A DNA stretch of 59,790 bases, the filler included, from Sphacelaria rigidula (Eukaryota): assembly GCA_964200075.2 (NCBI GenBank). It is 9 parts of 9 records of this genome, joined end to end, with 100 filler letters (N's around TTAATTAATTAA, not from the genome) between each part and the next. Parts side by side here need not be neighbours in the genome. Positions count along the whole stretch, not along the records: positions 1 to 6,555 come from CAXNAA020019371.1; positions 6,656 to 13,210 come from CAXNAA020019372.1; 7 more parts are not named here. The stretch is one strand, 5' to 3'. Positions within the stretch are counted from its first letter, which is position 1; every line of letters begins with the position of its first letter. The position numbers and the translations under genes were made by a program. Below are positions 1 through 12,225 of this stretch, in pieces. The notes under the pieces are model-generated. The model had not been told where the DNA came from, did no database searches, and was given only the letters and a program-made list of their open reading frames with translations.

Positions 1-68
1 CTCGAAAGGGATGCGTGGTCAATGGTCAAATGACTAAGGCAAGCAGCAAATGGGTACGCCCCCCCCCC
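1..68 (+). repeat. Poly(C)-ended dispersed repeat, subfamily A (also 13376-13438, 19784-19846, 26464-26520, 46679-46740, 48205-48272, 56313-56379)
   Basis: Consensus CCGTCTCGAAAGGGATGCGTGGTCAATGGTCAAACGACTAAGGCAAGCAACAAATGAGTACG-(C)n, seen seven times. Confidence 0.9.
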
Positions 69-600
69 GGGCTCCCACTGCATCCCACTGGCATCACCAA
101 CCATTCGTACAATCCCGACTGAGTACACACCGCGGTCAGTGGAATGGTGTCAAGGTGCAGGGACATGTTAAAATAGCCCGTCAGAATATCCAGGCGAGGG
201 AAACCTCGGCACCCCCGAGCTCAGCCAACAGCTCGTCGATAGTCGGAATGGGCAAGACCGGGATTACAGTGGCGTCATTAAGCTTCCGATAATTGCAAGT
301 CAACCGAATACCTCCATCCTTTTTGTTCACCACTACCAACGGAGAGCTTCAACCGGAGTAAGAACGTCGCAGGAGCCCCGCCGCTAACTACCGGTCAATT
401 TCAACCTGCACCTTTTGTTGCGTGGCCGGGTTGTGACGGTACGGTCGTTGTTTGATGGGGATAGCCCCCGGCTTCAGCTCGATTTTGAACGGATCCACCG
501 CACAGTACCCCAAGTCCATTTTATTCACCGAAAACCTGTGAGAGAATTTGCACAGCACATCCGCCAACTTATCAATATCCTCCACCTGCCAGTACTTGTC
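69..600 (-). pseudogene. Gypsy reverse transcriptase N-terminal fragment
   Basis: PFKIELKPGAIPIKQRPYRHNP, SSPLVVVNKKDGGIRLTCNYRKLN, LPIPTIDELL and YEWLVMPVG, with in-frame stops. It is cut off at about 68 by a repeat insertion. Confidence 0.92.
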
Positions 601-1520
601 CTGTCAACGAAAGTGATGCTATGTAAGTGAGGAGGGATATGACTCCACAATCGACGGAACACGGCACGTTTCTCCGCACATAGATCACCGAATATGGCCT
701 CCGGCGGCTCCGGCAGTACCGGCTCGACTGCAAAAACGGCGGTCGAAGCCGGGTCCGGTAACCTGGAAATTTCCGCATCATTTAGCGAGCAAGGTACCAA
801 CGGTTGCCCTGCTGACCCCAACTTTATCCCCGGTAAGACCAGCGCACACTCCACATTTGTAAACCGCAACGGAATAACTGAATCCCGCGCTTCCACAACC
901 ATTTCTGACGGGGACCACCCCGCCTCGAAATACACATAATAATTACCTTCCGGGGCAGCCCCCCCCCCCGTCGAACGCAGTGTGACGGGTACCCACGTCA
1001 ACTCCTGCGTTACCGCCAACTCAAATTCCCCTGAAAAAACCACGACAATCTCCTCATCAGACATCGTCGACTGTTCAATCATGCCCACGGCGTTTTGGAC
1101 CCAGCGATCAAACGGGGTGGGTCGAACAGCCATAGCGGGCCTTGCGAGCGACATGATAGTTCTATCATCACTAACATCACGATACGAGCGCACCGGGAAC
1201 TGAGCCAACCCATCGAGACCCAGCAGCAAATCAAACGACATCGTACCCTCCGGGACAATATGTACGTAAATCGCGAAACATGCACTCGTGCCTATTGTCC
1301 GACATTTGCGTGAGCCGTCCACAAAACGGATAATCAAACGCACCTGTGAGCATGTTCTCAGAGCCCCCCCACTGAACCCGCCCCACGACACGGGATTAAT
1401 CTCCCGCATCGCGTCACCAGATCCAGTCCCGTACGCAACCATGAACAATCATACTTTCTCTTAGGATAAATGTCGCCGGACTCCCACTGTCGAGCAAAGC
1501 CGAGCAATCCCACATGCGGG
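600..1520 (-). pseudogene. Retropepsin aspartic protease and protease-RT spacer, frameshifted
   Basis: Catalytic ALLDSGSPATFI in ORF 1414..2124. C-terminal DLLLGLD motif in ORF 525..1448, a different frame. Confidence 0.85.
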
Positions 1521-2701
1521 TCGCCTTAGGCCCGCCAAACACCCTTACCCCAGCTGTGTTCCGAGCGCGGTTGATGGATACATATCCGCCGGAGACCTCC
1601 GCTACTTCCGGTAAGAACGTCCCTTGCCGCCCGCGCGGTACCTGACAGGGGATGGGATCGGGGGTTCGAGGTGGTGGATCTACACTATTCAAACGATTTC
1701 CCGACGGGTCTAGAACATAGATATGCCCTTCACCGCAAATCGCACTTCTTTCGTCTGACACACCAGCCACAAATCGTGCAGGGTGAGCCATCTCGGCTGT
1801 ACCTGTGCAATGGGAGGGACTAAACGGTTTCATGTGGTTGGGTAAATCAACCACACTGCCAGGCGGTCCCCGCAGTGACATCCTCCGAAAGTGTGTTAAG
1901 ACTGGTTGGCCTTTCCACCGAGGTCCTCCGCAAGGGTGGTCGGTTAAAGCCTGGGCCGCCCCCGGCCGGCACGGAGCCCGGGAGAGCAGGCCCCCACTTG
2001 GTAGTACATGAACCCGCCCCCTCCTGAGGGTAACGGCGCCGAGAACATCTTGAGCCCCAAGCGCCGTGACGCGACATGCTTCCCTCACCCAGGACGAATT
2101 CACCTGTTGGGCTCTCCAAATCATGCGACGGTACCGTCACAGCAAGACCGTCCTTGTCCCTACCGTCTGTCGGGCGTAAGCAACGCTCACCGCGACAGCA
2201 GGCCTGCACCAGTGGCCCTTGTGCCTGCGCACCCACACCACTGTGGGAAGAGAGACCACCCGGGGCGCTACCCCGAGACTTGTCCCCTCCCCGTCGGTCG
2301 ATGTCCACCCCGCAAGACCGGCGCGCGGTGGACGTCGCACAAAGCGCCGGGGCTGCCTCCGTCTCGCAAGTATCCCTCAAAGGTATCTGATCCCGCGGCT
2401 AACTTCAACACAGAACCCCCCCCCGCACCATTACCGACACCCCCAGGCAGACTGTACCCTGCCTCCTTGCCATTGTCCACGCTGTGCCGACGGGAGATGA
2501 CAGAATTTCGCCACATACGGCAGGCGCAGGGATCTGTGGATCCAATGTCACAGCCGACCGACCTTGTTGAGCTCTCTGGGCATCATGTTGCACTGACCCT
2601 TGTGCTGCCGGTAAAGTGGCCAGAACGTTACCGTCGCGCCCTCATTTCGTTTGAGGGTGATCGTCAATAAAGTAAGAGCGCAGGCGGCGCTGCCACCGCA
2701 C

Positions 2702-3769
2702 TCATTTCTGGCGGACTTCCTCCGGCATCCCCTCACCTATCGAGTGATGTATTGAACCCGATTCATCAAAATACTCCTTCGGCCACTCACGAGCCAAAGT
2801 GTGGTCGGCGCTGCCGCAGTTGAGACAATACGGCCCAAATGACTCCCGCGCTTTGTTCTTCAGCTCGCGGGTGGGGAAAGGCTCAAAGAACCGAGGATCC
2901 CTGTTTTTGCCGAATCTGTCCGAATTAGCCCGCCCCACCATATACACATATTCCATCTCCCGATCCTCGCAGGGGAAATCGCGCATCTCCGTGATGCTCA
3001 TCACGGTCCCGCTAAAAGACCTACCCTGACCCGACCTCGACGGATAACGGCTCCGCGCCGCCCCCCCTCCAGTACCCTGCGCGAGTCGCGGCGTGTGCGC
3101 CCGCATCGTGTTGGATCTGAACTGGTTCAACTTGCTCATCAGCGACTCGAGGGAGTCGAAAGGCGTAGCACAATCATCGCGCCCCACGTGGCCACTAATC
3201 CCGGGGAACTGGTGCTGAATGGCCATTTGAATTGCCGACTGCACGTACTGTTGATACGGGGCCATCTCAGCACCCAACCATTGAACGATCATCACCAAAA
3301 TGCGGAGATTTCGCAAAACGCCCGCAAAACCTGTTCCCTCGAACGTTCGGATATTATTCCACTCTCGGAAAACGGCATCCGGAGTGAGGCGGCGAAGGTC
3401 CGTAGTTATCACCTGCACCAAGTACGCCAGGGCATCCGACCCCGATGCACCATCTGCCAGTAAACGAGCCACAGTTGACATCAAATCCGCAATTCGCATA
3501 ACAATACTCGACACTTTTAGAACACCGGACTCCACGCACCTTTTATGATCGCGCCTCGAAAGCTCCTCTTGTCCACAACCTGGCCGGCTGCTCGCTTTCA
3601 GCGCGTGAAGCGCGCGCATGAACCCGCGCGTCGACCGCACCTGTGAGCATGGTTCGCGGCAGAACACCATAATATGCGGCTTCGACAACCGCGCTAACGG
3701 CACCCCCCCCCTCCGGAGGTTCGCCGCCGCCCCAAACGGGATCCCCCGCCCCCGCCGCAGCCGGTACAC
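2702..3769 (-). pseudogene. Gag-like ORF with a degenerate zinc knuckle
   Basis: 355-aa ORF upstream of the protease. CLNCGSADHTLAREW is CX2CX4H without the last Cys. Confidence 0.7.
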
Positions 3770-4770
3770 CTACCACGAAAGCATCGGCAGTATGCCGTGC
3801 CGAACGGGTCCACCGTCTCACAGCGTCTGCGGGAATAGCCAAACACATGTCACGCGGGGGGTTGAAAGACACACCGTGAGGACTGTTGCCCCGCCGCGAC
3901 CGCCCATCACGGCCCCTCTCAACACCGTCACCCTCAGCACCGTCGCCATCATCACGGCGACGGGCATCTCCACCCCCACATACATCACACTGGAGGACCT
4001 CACCGGATACCGAGGTCGCACTCAACCTACGAACCGGCGAAGTGCCACCGCCGCTTGACCGTTACACCTCAACCAGGCGGAGCTAGATTCCCCATCTAAC
4101 TGTGCCAAGATTTTGGGATCAAACCGTCGCCGTCGGTCGGCGATCGAATCGTCATTGAAACACCAACCGCAACCCCCACCACCAACCACCGGCAAGCCCT
4201 CATGCGGGGAGCCGGGGTCAACCTCACGTACCAAAACCTCTCTACCCCTTTTGGGGGGCTCGGGGGCCGAAACCGCCCTCTCCCCACCCGTACCAACCAT
4301 AACCTTATCTAGCGGGGTCGACCTCGACGCACCCGCCGTACCCTCCGACGACGGAGGGGAGTTCTCACCAACATGTGCAAAGAGGATATTACTCTTGGGG
4401 GACCAAAGTTCCGACCGAGCCGGCGAACGAACAGCATGGGCACTACGAATAGACGAATCAGCGTCGGACTCACTACTCGCAGCACGCGCTGGGTGCGCTG
4501 TTACCGGATTCGGAGGCACTGCCAGACGCGGGGCCGCAGCTGACCGCTGGGACCGCGTAACCGGACCCCTCCCCCCACCCTTACCACGAGTACCCATCGC
4601 ACCTGACATGACCAAAAAACCCTCAAGCAGGCAGCCGAAATCCCCAAGCAGAAAACACTGCAGACCAGTCGTCGACGCCACTCTAAGGAACCTGAATTTC
4701 ACTCTGGAGACAGGGAGGTTCCCACTTCTCGCGTGTAGATTCTTGTATCTGCGTTTCAGTCGTGGGACCA

Positions 4771-5030
4771 CATTCGGAGCTGAGGAGGGATGCAGTGGTG
4801 GTAGCCGAGGATATCTCGTTGTAGATAGGTGCAGTTGCAGGAGAAAAGTAGCCAAAACTTGAGTCGTGTAGAGGTTTATATATCTTCCGTAGCGCCTGGA
4901 CTGCTTGCAGGGAACCAAAACCCTGTTGTTGTGGGGATGGTGAGAACTGAAAGGGGGTGGGGCGTGCCTAAAACTCTGCACGACACACTCCAAAACACCA
5001 CGAGGAGATGCACCGCACCTGGTCGTCACA
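4771..5030 (-). repeat. Candidate 5' LTR followed by a PBS-like TGGTCCCACGACTG
   Basis: The minus strand begins TGTGACG at 5030 and has a TATA-like stretch. A TGG-starting motif lies near 4770, upstream of the first gag-like ATG (4609). There is no second LTR to confirm this and no clear CA end. Confidence 0.4.
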
Positions 5031-5571
5031 TTCTATCCGCTATGTCGACAGCTCTGGCTACTCTATTCGTCTCCCAACCGTCCCCAAGTATCCAATCAGA
5101 TAGTCCTAGCCAAAGGATATATTCCAGACTCTTGGCCCTCTCGCATCCACATCAACACAGTCTGTGCGATTCTCCTGCATCACCCTGTCTGTATCAACCT
5201 CAAACCTGTCTGTGTCAACCCTCTACAAACGTGTCAAAGACTCCCCAGTGCGGTACTGCAGTCATACTCCACTATACCTCTGATAACACCCCCTTTGAAC
5301 CACATCACTGTATTTTACCAGCTATGTTTTTATCTAATAACCCACTGAAATCTGAGCTCACCACACCATGGCTAGCTAGAATCGACAACGGGCCTGAAGC
5401 GGCATCAACAGACTAATGTGCGTCTTCATGACAAATTTATGAGGACGGCGGGCTTTGGTCTAAGCCACCTTGTACATGTTGGCCCCCTCCTCTGCAACTC
5501 GGGACCATTCGAACACATCTTGGACAACCTGCGTCCACGATGTCGCTTTTATTCCGAAGTAAAAGCTGTTT

Positions 5572-6020
5572 CTATATTCGTGAGATTCAAAGGGTAGTTC
5601 CAGATTCAGAGTGGATGCTCTAGCGTTTCTAACAGGCAACTTTGTTTTGTTTTCTTGAGCACACGTGCTGTGCATGCAGCTACCGTACAGTACCCCATTC
5701 GAGGAATTCGGCGGTCTGGTTGGTGAGACACCGCACAAAGCATTTTTACGCCCGGGAGGCATTTCGGAACTGAGACTGTTTCAGGCAGTAATCATTTTTC
5801 CTGAAAAAGGGGATCTTTTGTTGCAATGGACTGACTACGTCGTTGCGATCAAGTGATGTGTCAAATTGATCGCGTGGGTGACAGCTTTTATTGAAGCCAC
5901 CGCTTCACCTGCTGGGCGCATTGCTCCTCGAACTGTGGCGATGTCAAAATCGACGGGAACGCCGATTGTTTCGGATCTCACTCTGAATCTGAAACTACCC
6001 TCTGAATCGCACGAATACAG
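5572..6020. mobile_element. MITE-like element with 42-bp terminal inverted repeats
   Basis: 5572-5613 is the reverse complement of 5979-6020 with 4 mismatches. No convincing TSD. Confidence 0.65.
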
Positions 6021-6655
6021 TGTTAACAGTAGTCCACGATACAGTGTTGTGGGCGACTTGCTGGTCGGCCTGCCCTCGTGTTCCCTCCAACCACCACTCC
6101 TCGCATGACGATATTGTGGAGGCGTTCATCGCGTATGCGCCCAACGCGGCCGGCGTGTCGGAGGGTTCGTGTCATCGCGGTGGCCTCAATGCACTCGCGG
6201 CCAGTTCTTTCGAGGACCACATGGTATGGCAGCATGGGTTAGTCAGGGGCGCTGCGGCTCGAGGTGGAGTAAACGCTCCTTCTACGGAACATTACCACTT
6301 ACGGAACCTTTCTTTTTCAATCGCCCATACCTCCGCGAAATATTGATCGTTTCCCATTATATTCTTTGCTGCGTGTGCATAAGAGCGCGGGGTCCTTTTG
6401 AGCTACTGCACGTGCCTGTTGCATCAGAAAATACCATCCCACAGCACTGCGAATAAGGGCGTGTGTGTCTTTCTTCAATCCAAAGAGGATTCTATAAAAC
6501 GAGGTTCATCAATGAAATGAGGTTCGAGCCCAAAACAGTACTTTCTCCACACTTTNNNNNNNNNNNNNNNNNNNNNNNNNNNNNNNNNNNNNNNNNNNNT
6601 TAATTAATTAANNNNNNNNNNNNNNNNNNNNNNNNNNNNNNNNNNNNNNNNNNNN

Positions 6656-7447
6656 GTTCTGTCTCTAGCTCTCTTTACGTGACGACCAGTACTGTATCCG
6701 TTGCTTGAACCAACCATCGATGATGCGAAAATCGCCCGTTGGCGGCGGAAGAGCCTAACTTGACCCTGACACCAGCCCCGAGATCGCAAAAGTACAACAG
6801 TGTTCCACAACCCACTGGATCACAAGAGACCGACGTGCTGTGAGTTGTGAGTTCACATGTTGTGTCGATGCCTAACCCTAACCCCAACCCCAAGCATATC
6901 GAGAATCCTAGGGCAAAGGTGGTACATGGCACTCTCTTGGCAAAATGCGGCCTTGGTAGACCCCATATCGGCGCCTATGGCGTCGGTTTGAACAAAAATG
7001 CGTTCTGCGCATGCAAGGAGCACACGGGGCTGTCAGCCCTACTAAAGATCCATTCTCGGTGTTGACACTCATATCAAGTAATACCAACCATGAACATTTG
7101 TAGCTCAACGGTTAACCTTTAGATGACGAGAAAAGGTCATCTATTGAATCGGCATCAACTTCACTTAATAAAAGTATGCATGATCCACATGAACTACCCT
7201 CGCGGTCTAAGGATCAACACAACAATCAAGTCTATCGACACAACATGTGGACTCACAACTCACAGCACGTCGGTCTCTTGTGATCCAGTGGGTTGTGGAA
7301 CACTGTTGTACTTTTGCGATCTCGGGGCTGGTGTCAGGGTCAAGTTAGGCTTTTCCGCCGCCAACGGACGATTTTCGCATCATCGATGGTTGGTTCAAGC
7401 AACGGATACAGTACTGGTCGTCACGTAAAGAGAGCTAGAGACAGAAC
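6656..7447. repeat. Near-perfect 214-bp inverted repeat with a spacer of about 364 bp
   Basis: 6656-6869 matches the reverse complement of 7234-7447 with about 3 mismatches seen. The left arm runs to the contig edge. Confidence 0.95.
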
Positions 7448-9070
7448 AGTAGTAGCGGAGAGACTTGATAACCATTTCCGGGGAGAAGGGGGCGTGGTCG
7501 TTGTGCCGTCCGTGAACGGCGAATGAGCGGGAAAAGAGCCGAAGGTGTGGGCGCCATGGTTGGAATTGGCGCGTAGACTCCCTTGCGCGCGATGTGCCGC
7601 ATCCGGTACGGTTTAGAAAGCGATGGCCTAGGAGAGACACGTTCTCGGCCGATCGGCGGCCCAGATAAGGTACAAATGAACAAGAATTCCTAGATCAGAT
7701 ACCTGGGCGAAATTCGGCCTACAAAAGGTAAGTGGTTTCTACAGGCCAGACGTCCGTTTTCGCCTGGCCATATCTCTCGAGTACGATGTTTTTTTCCCGT
7801 TTGTTTTCGAGACCGGGGTGCCAATGGCCCCCCCCGAATGATGTGCGTGAGAAATGCGCAGCGAAAACGGTCTAAATGGCGTGTTTGGCTGTTTTCGCGT
7901 TTCCGGCCATTTTTCGTACCTGTCTTGGGCAAAAAACGAGAAGGTATACATTCTCTAGTCCATTGCTCCTGTACATGAGTCCAAACGTTGACACATTGAT
8001 GAGCTACATCTCTCCATATATTTTTTATCTACCCACGACAAATTCTTCGTTTTTTTTCTCATCAATTTCCGAAGAAATGGATGGTGACGCGAAACGATAT
8101 TCGTAACCCGGGGATTGATCTACACACGCGGCCACTCGGCTCCTGCTTAAAAGTCTGTAGTGATTTCCATCCTCTGGAGGGCCAAAAGGCCCTTCGCACT
8201 ACTCCGGAGGAAGAAATACGATCTCGTGGGTCAAGTGACGCCAAGATGATTGATGAGCGAACCCTAGAAGTAAACTTGCCCCCTGAAGAGTATATTTTTC
8301 CCAAGTTTCCCCAGAGGTACCCTCAGTAAAATTATGTGCCCAGGAGAATCAGGTGTCCTCCGTCGGCTTCGTCGACTGTCCACTCCAGGGGCGTCATGAA
8401 TCAGCACGAGGGAGCTATTTATCCCTCTAGAGGATGGAAATCGAGGTCTTACCTCCTCTGGAGGGACAGATGGCATCGTGTGAACGTTTGTTGTGTTTAG
8501 TAACAATTTTCACTGGATGCTCCATGAAAATCGTACTGTCTACCGTCAGCGTCAGGGTCGTTGCTTGTGAACAATAAAAATACAAGACAATCAAGCTTGC
8601 ACCTCGTATTTCGTATCGACTACTATTCGGAACATCGACTTGGATCTTCCAACAAGCTGTCATCCCTCAACTGCCAAATCAAAGAGTCATATCCAAACGT
8701 TGCTTTACTCCGAGACATGTATGCGCGAGAGATTACAGACCGCGAGGCCAGGCCCTGCAAATACCATGACAATAGCCCACTCTGAAGCGTGATGTTGCAG
8801 AACTCAAAGAGCTTCAAAGACGCACGTTTCACCACAATCTCCCACACCACCAAAAGGGGTAAGCTGAAACAAAACAAAGAACAATGGGGAATTTCCCTAG
8901 CCTGGCAAACAACGGACTTCAGCCTTAGCGGACGACTCACGCGGTTGCGCTATCACCCAGTCTCTGATACACACAGGAGGCGCCTAGCCTGACAACTACG
9001 GCCTGCAGTATGAGCACGTGATCCGGGAGGTCGATTTATCAACTCGCCAACATAACACATGAACAACCTG

Positions 9071-9180
9071 CACGGGTGGCCACTGGGGTGCCTGTAACCT
9101 CAAATTTCGACGTTACAGACCTTGTGCAAGGTATGTAACGTCCAAATTTGAGGTTACAGGCACCCCAATGGCCACCCGTG
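9071..9180. mobile_element. 110-bp palindromic MITE (CACGGG...CCCGTG)
   Basis: Almost fully self-complementary. A second copy lies at 53371-53480. Confidence 0.85.
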
Positions 9181-9549
9181 TACGCTCCGCCGACAAGATC
9201 AGCGCGTGACCCGGACGGTCTGACGACCGAACACTCTGGAAATCCACACAAAACAGGCTTTTCTTTAGGCAACGGGGACTGTAGTACCCACGGTCGAATG
9301 ATCATCAAGAGGGAGCGCGACATTCGCTGTAGGATTTCACGTTAATCGCTTTCACGGGGCCCGCCAAGGCATAGCGAGTAAGAAGGCATCACTTTCAACG
9401 CTGAGGTGGTGCATGCAAAACTCATACCGGAGTAAGGACCGACGAGATAGCTCGCGGTATAGGGTCCAGGAGCGGCAGCAATAGCCGGTTGAAGCTCCAG
9501 GACCGTGCAGCGGTAATCGCCGCGCGGCGCGTACTGAGGGAGCCCGGGG

Positions 9550-10003
9550 GATCGGTCATCCGTTTTCACACACGCCGACACCAAAATCCTACAGTTGTCA
9601 TACCCAAAAACACGTGACAATTTGCTGAGGAATCCCTTGGGGTATCTGTCATCCGTTGACACAAATATCGAACGTACGGCTGATTACGTAAAGTAACATT
9701 TACTGAGGAGGTCCTTGGTGTACCGGTCATCCGTTTTCGCAAATGTTGGGTTGAGGAGAAGAGATGGGGGTGACTCGGATGCAGCGGTTCACGAGGGAGT
9801 AAAGGTCGTGGAGACGCAAGAACAAAAACGAGAAAAACAATAGAAACGAAAAAAGTATAATGGACACCGACACATGACAACTTGCTGAGGAAGCCCCTGA
9901 GGTATCGGTCATTCGTTGGCACAAATGTCGAATACATGGCTGATTACGTCAAGCACCATTTACTGCGGAGGCCCTTGGTGTATCGGTCGTCCGTTTTCGC
10001 GAA
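9550..10003. repeat. Diverged direct duplication (about 135 bp x2) with a recurring GGTCATCCGTT-like core
   Basis: About 9611-9745 is similar to about 9870-10003. The core recurs roughly five times. Confidence 0.7.
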
Positions 10004-10512
10004 GTTTGGGCTGAGAAGGGCCGGGTCGTTTCGGGTCCGACAGGCCACTAGAACCGCCGGTGTTGGTGGCTTCCGTGAATTTCGGAGAAACGCAGGAACA
10101 AAAACAAGAGAAACCACAACAATGAACAAGAGAAGGTGGCTTGGATCCTCACAGCTAGCAAGGAGCAACTGTAGTGAGTACCTCGGCACAGAATGGATGA
10201 CAGTGGAGGGAAAGACTACAACGTGGTCTCAGTTCTCCAGAAATGTCGAGCCGATTGAGGACGGAAGGGTGAAGCTGCAGGATATTCGCAAACTCACAAC
10301 GCCATACGATGAACACACACACGTGCTCAAGTAATTCATCAGGTCACCATTTTCAGGTGGGTTGTTGGATGTAAAACCTCAAATGTGGGGTCTTCACAAA
10401 TACCGTACGGCGGACTATGACAGTTGGTCGCGCCCACTATCGAAACGAAAAAAAAAACGCTCGTCCCAATGCGCTTGGATCACCTTGTCTTGGTACATGA
10501 ATGTGTTCGAAC

Positions 10513-11927
10513 CAGGGTTGCACATCGGATATCGATAATCGGTACGATTTCGATAAATATCGGCGACTACCGGTGCGTAGAAGACCGATATATGTGATAC
10601 GTATATCGATGTTGAATGTCAATATCGAATATCGATACGCTTGATGTTTGGCGCCTTCTTTTGTCACATTAGCTCAATCTCTCGAAAGCGTCGTCACAGG
10701 AAATGTAGGGGGTAGTATTCCGCAAACGGCAGACCCCCAGTTGATTCAGCCCCACCCCCCGCCACTCTACAAGGTCGCCTGCACACACCACACACCACGA
10801 GTAGAGCTATAGAGCGGTTGCGCGGTGTGCAACTGGATGCAGTATGTATTCGTAGGAATTGAGGCGGCAGAGTAACCGCTGGTGCCTCGTGTGTTTGGTG
10901 ATTTGATTGATTCAGCGAGGGTGTATAACAACGGCAACATACGGGTGGCGTGGCGCAGTTGATATGAGGTCACGATCACTGCACAGCTGCAGATAACAGT
11001 AGAAAACAGCTACCCTTCGGAGTACGAGGAAATGGTAGTAGTGTCGCTTGACCTTTCCTTCATGTTTGACGAGTGTTGGATCTATTTTCCTCTCCATCCA
11101 TTAGCCTGGGCATTTGAATTGTTGCAAGCTTCATGGTCTTTTCTTGGTTGGTGATATCCAAATCTATATTGTTTAGCATACAAGAAATAAAATTTGAAGC
11201 ATGCCGCCGACGTTTCCTGTTATTGGGGTAGTGAAAAACGCTAAAAAAAAAGAGGGCGCATTTGAGTTTGTGCATGCTCGAGCTTTGACACGTTTTATTT
11301 TCTGATGAATGTGCAGAGTCGAGGTGTGCGCTCATTCGATCAAAACACACAAAATAGTGGCCGTGAAAATGAAAACAGTATGACCAATACCACACCCGAC
11401 CCGCTGTGATCAACTACCTCTTGCACGACGACGAAAGATATTCATTAGGCAGCTGCATCATCGCATGCCGCCGCTGCTATGATATCAATTTGCACACTAC
11501 CTGCGGCTGTACATCATGTGTCCACTGCTATCCACTGGAAACTACCGTAGGTTGCTAAAGATACCACACCCTCAGGAGTGATTTTCAAAGCTCGATTACT
11601 TTCTCTCGACGAGATAGATGTAACGTCGCCCAGTTCGGCCCTGGCATCGCTTCTGGCGAGGAGTAAGTGAGCTTTGACAATCTGCCTAGGGGATGTGGTA
11701 TCTCATGCGACCCTACAATAGTGAGTGAGGTTGTCAGTGTGCCAGTGTACTGCTCGGTCTTGTACACTGCGGCTAAACCAAAACAGTCGTATCGTATCGA
11801 ATATCGATACTCGATACATATCGTGTCATTTTCGGAATATTGACACAAATATCGGTATCGGGTGTTGTGGGTCGATATTTTAAGAATATCGTATCGAACT
11901 TTATTCTCGGTCCTATATGCAACCCTG
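10513..11927. mobile_element. Non-autonomous hAT-type DNA transposon
   Basis: TIRs CAGGGTTGCA / TGCAACCCTG. Identical 8-bp flanks GTTCGAAC at 10505-10512 and 11928-11935. Dense subterminal ATCGAT/CGATA motifs. No transposase ORF. Confidence 0.85.
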
Positions 11928-12225
11928 GTTCGAACAAAGGCACAATAGTTCCAGAACCATATCAACCCGACCTCCAACATGCGGGGCAGCTCCATAACGG
12001 CATGGAGACGCGACCATTCACACACACATTCACACACATAAAAATACACGCACCACCCATACACACATATGCGCATATGCGCATACACCCACATACACAA
12101 AGCAACAAAAAGGGGGGGGGGGTGGCGGCCATGATGTGGAAGCAGCTAGGCGACGCTGTACGGGGGAGGTAGGACAGCATGCATCAAGACTCGTCTTCCT
12201 TCCATGAATTGTCGGTATTTCAGAG

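Larger units (their letters stand above)
69..5030 (-). mobile_element. Degenerate Ty3/Gypsy LTR retrotransposon, 5' part (putative LTR, gag, protease, RT N-terminus)
   Basis: The minus strand shows gag zinc knuckle, aspartic protease and Gypsy-type RT in that order, with several stops and frameshifts. The 5' boundary at a TG start (5030) is tentative. Confidence 0.9.

Noticed and set aside
2008..4862. Long plus-strand ORFs over the retrotransposon
   Set aside because: They are antisense shadows of GC-rich coding sequence, with no motifs.
6600..6611. Regularly spaced TTAATTAATTAA palindromes as a biological array
   Set aside because: They are always centred in N-runs, so they are artificial linkers.
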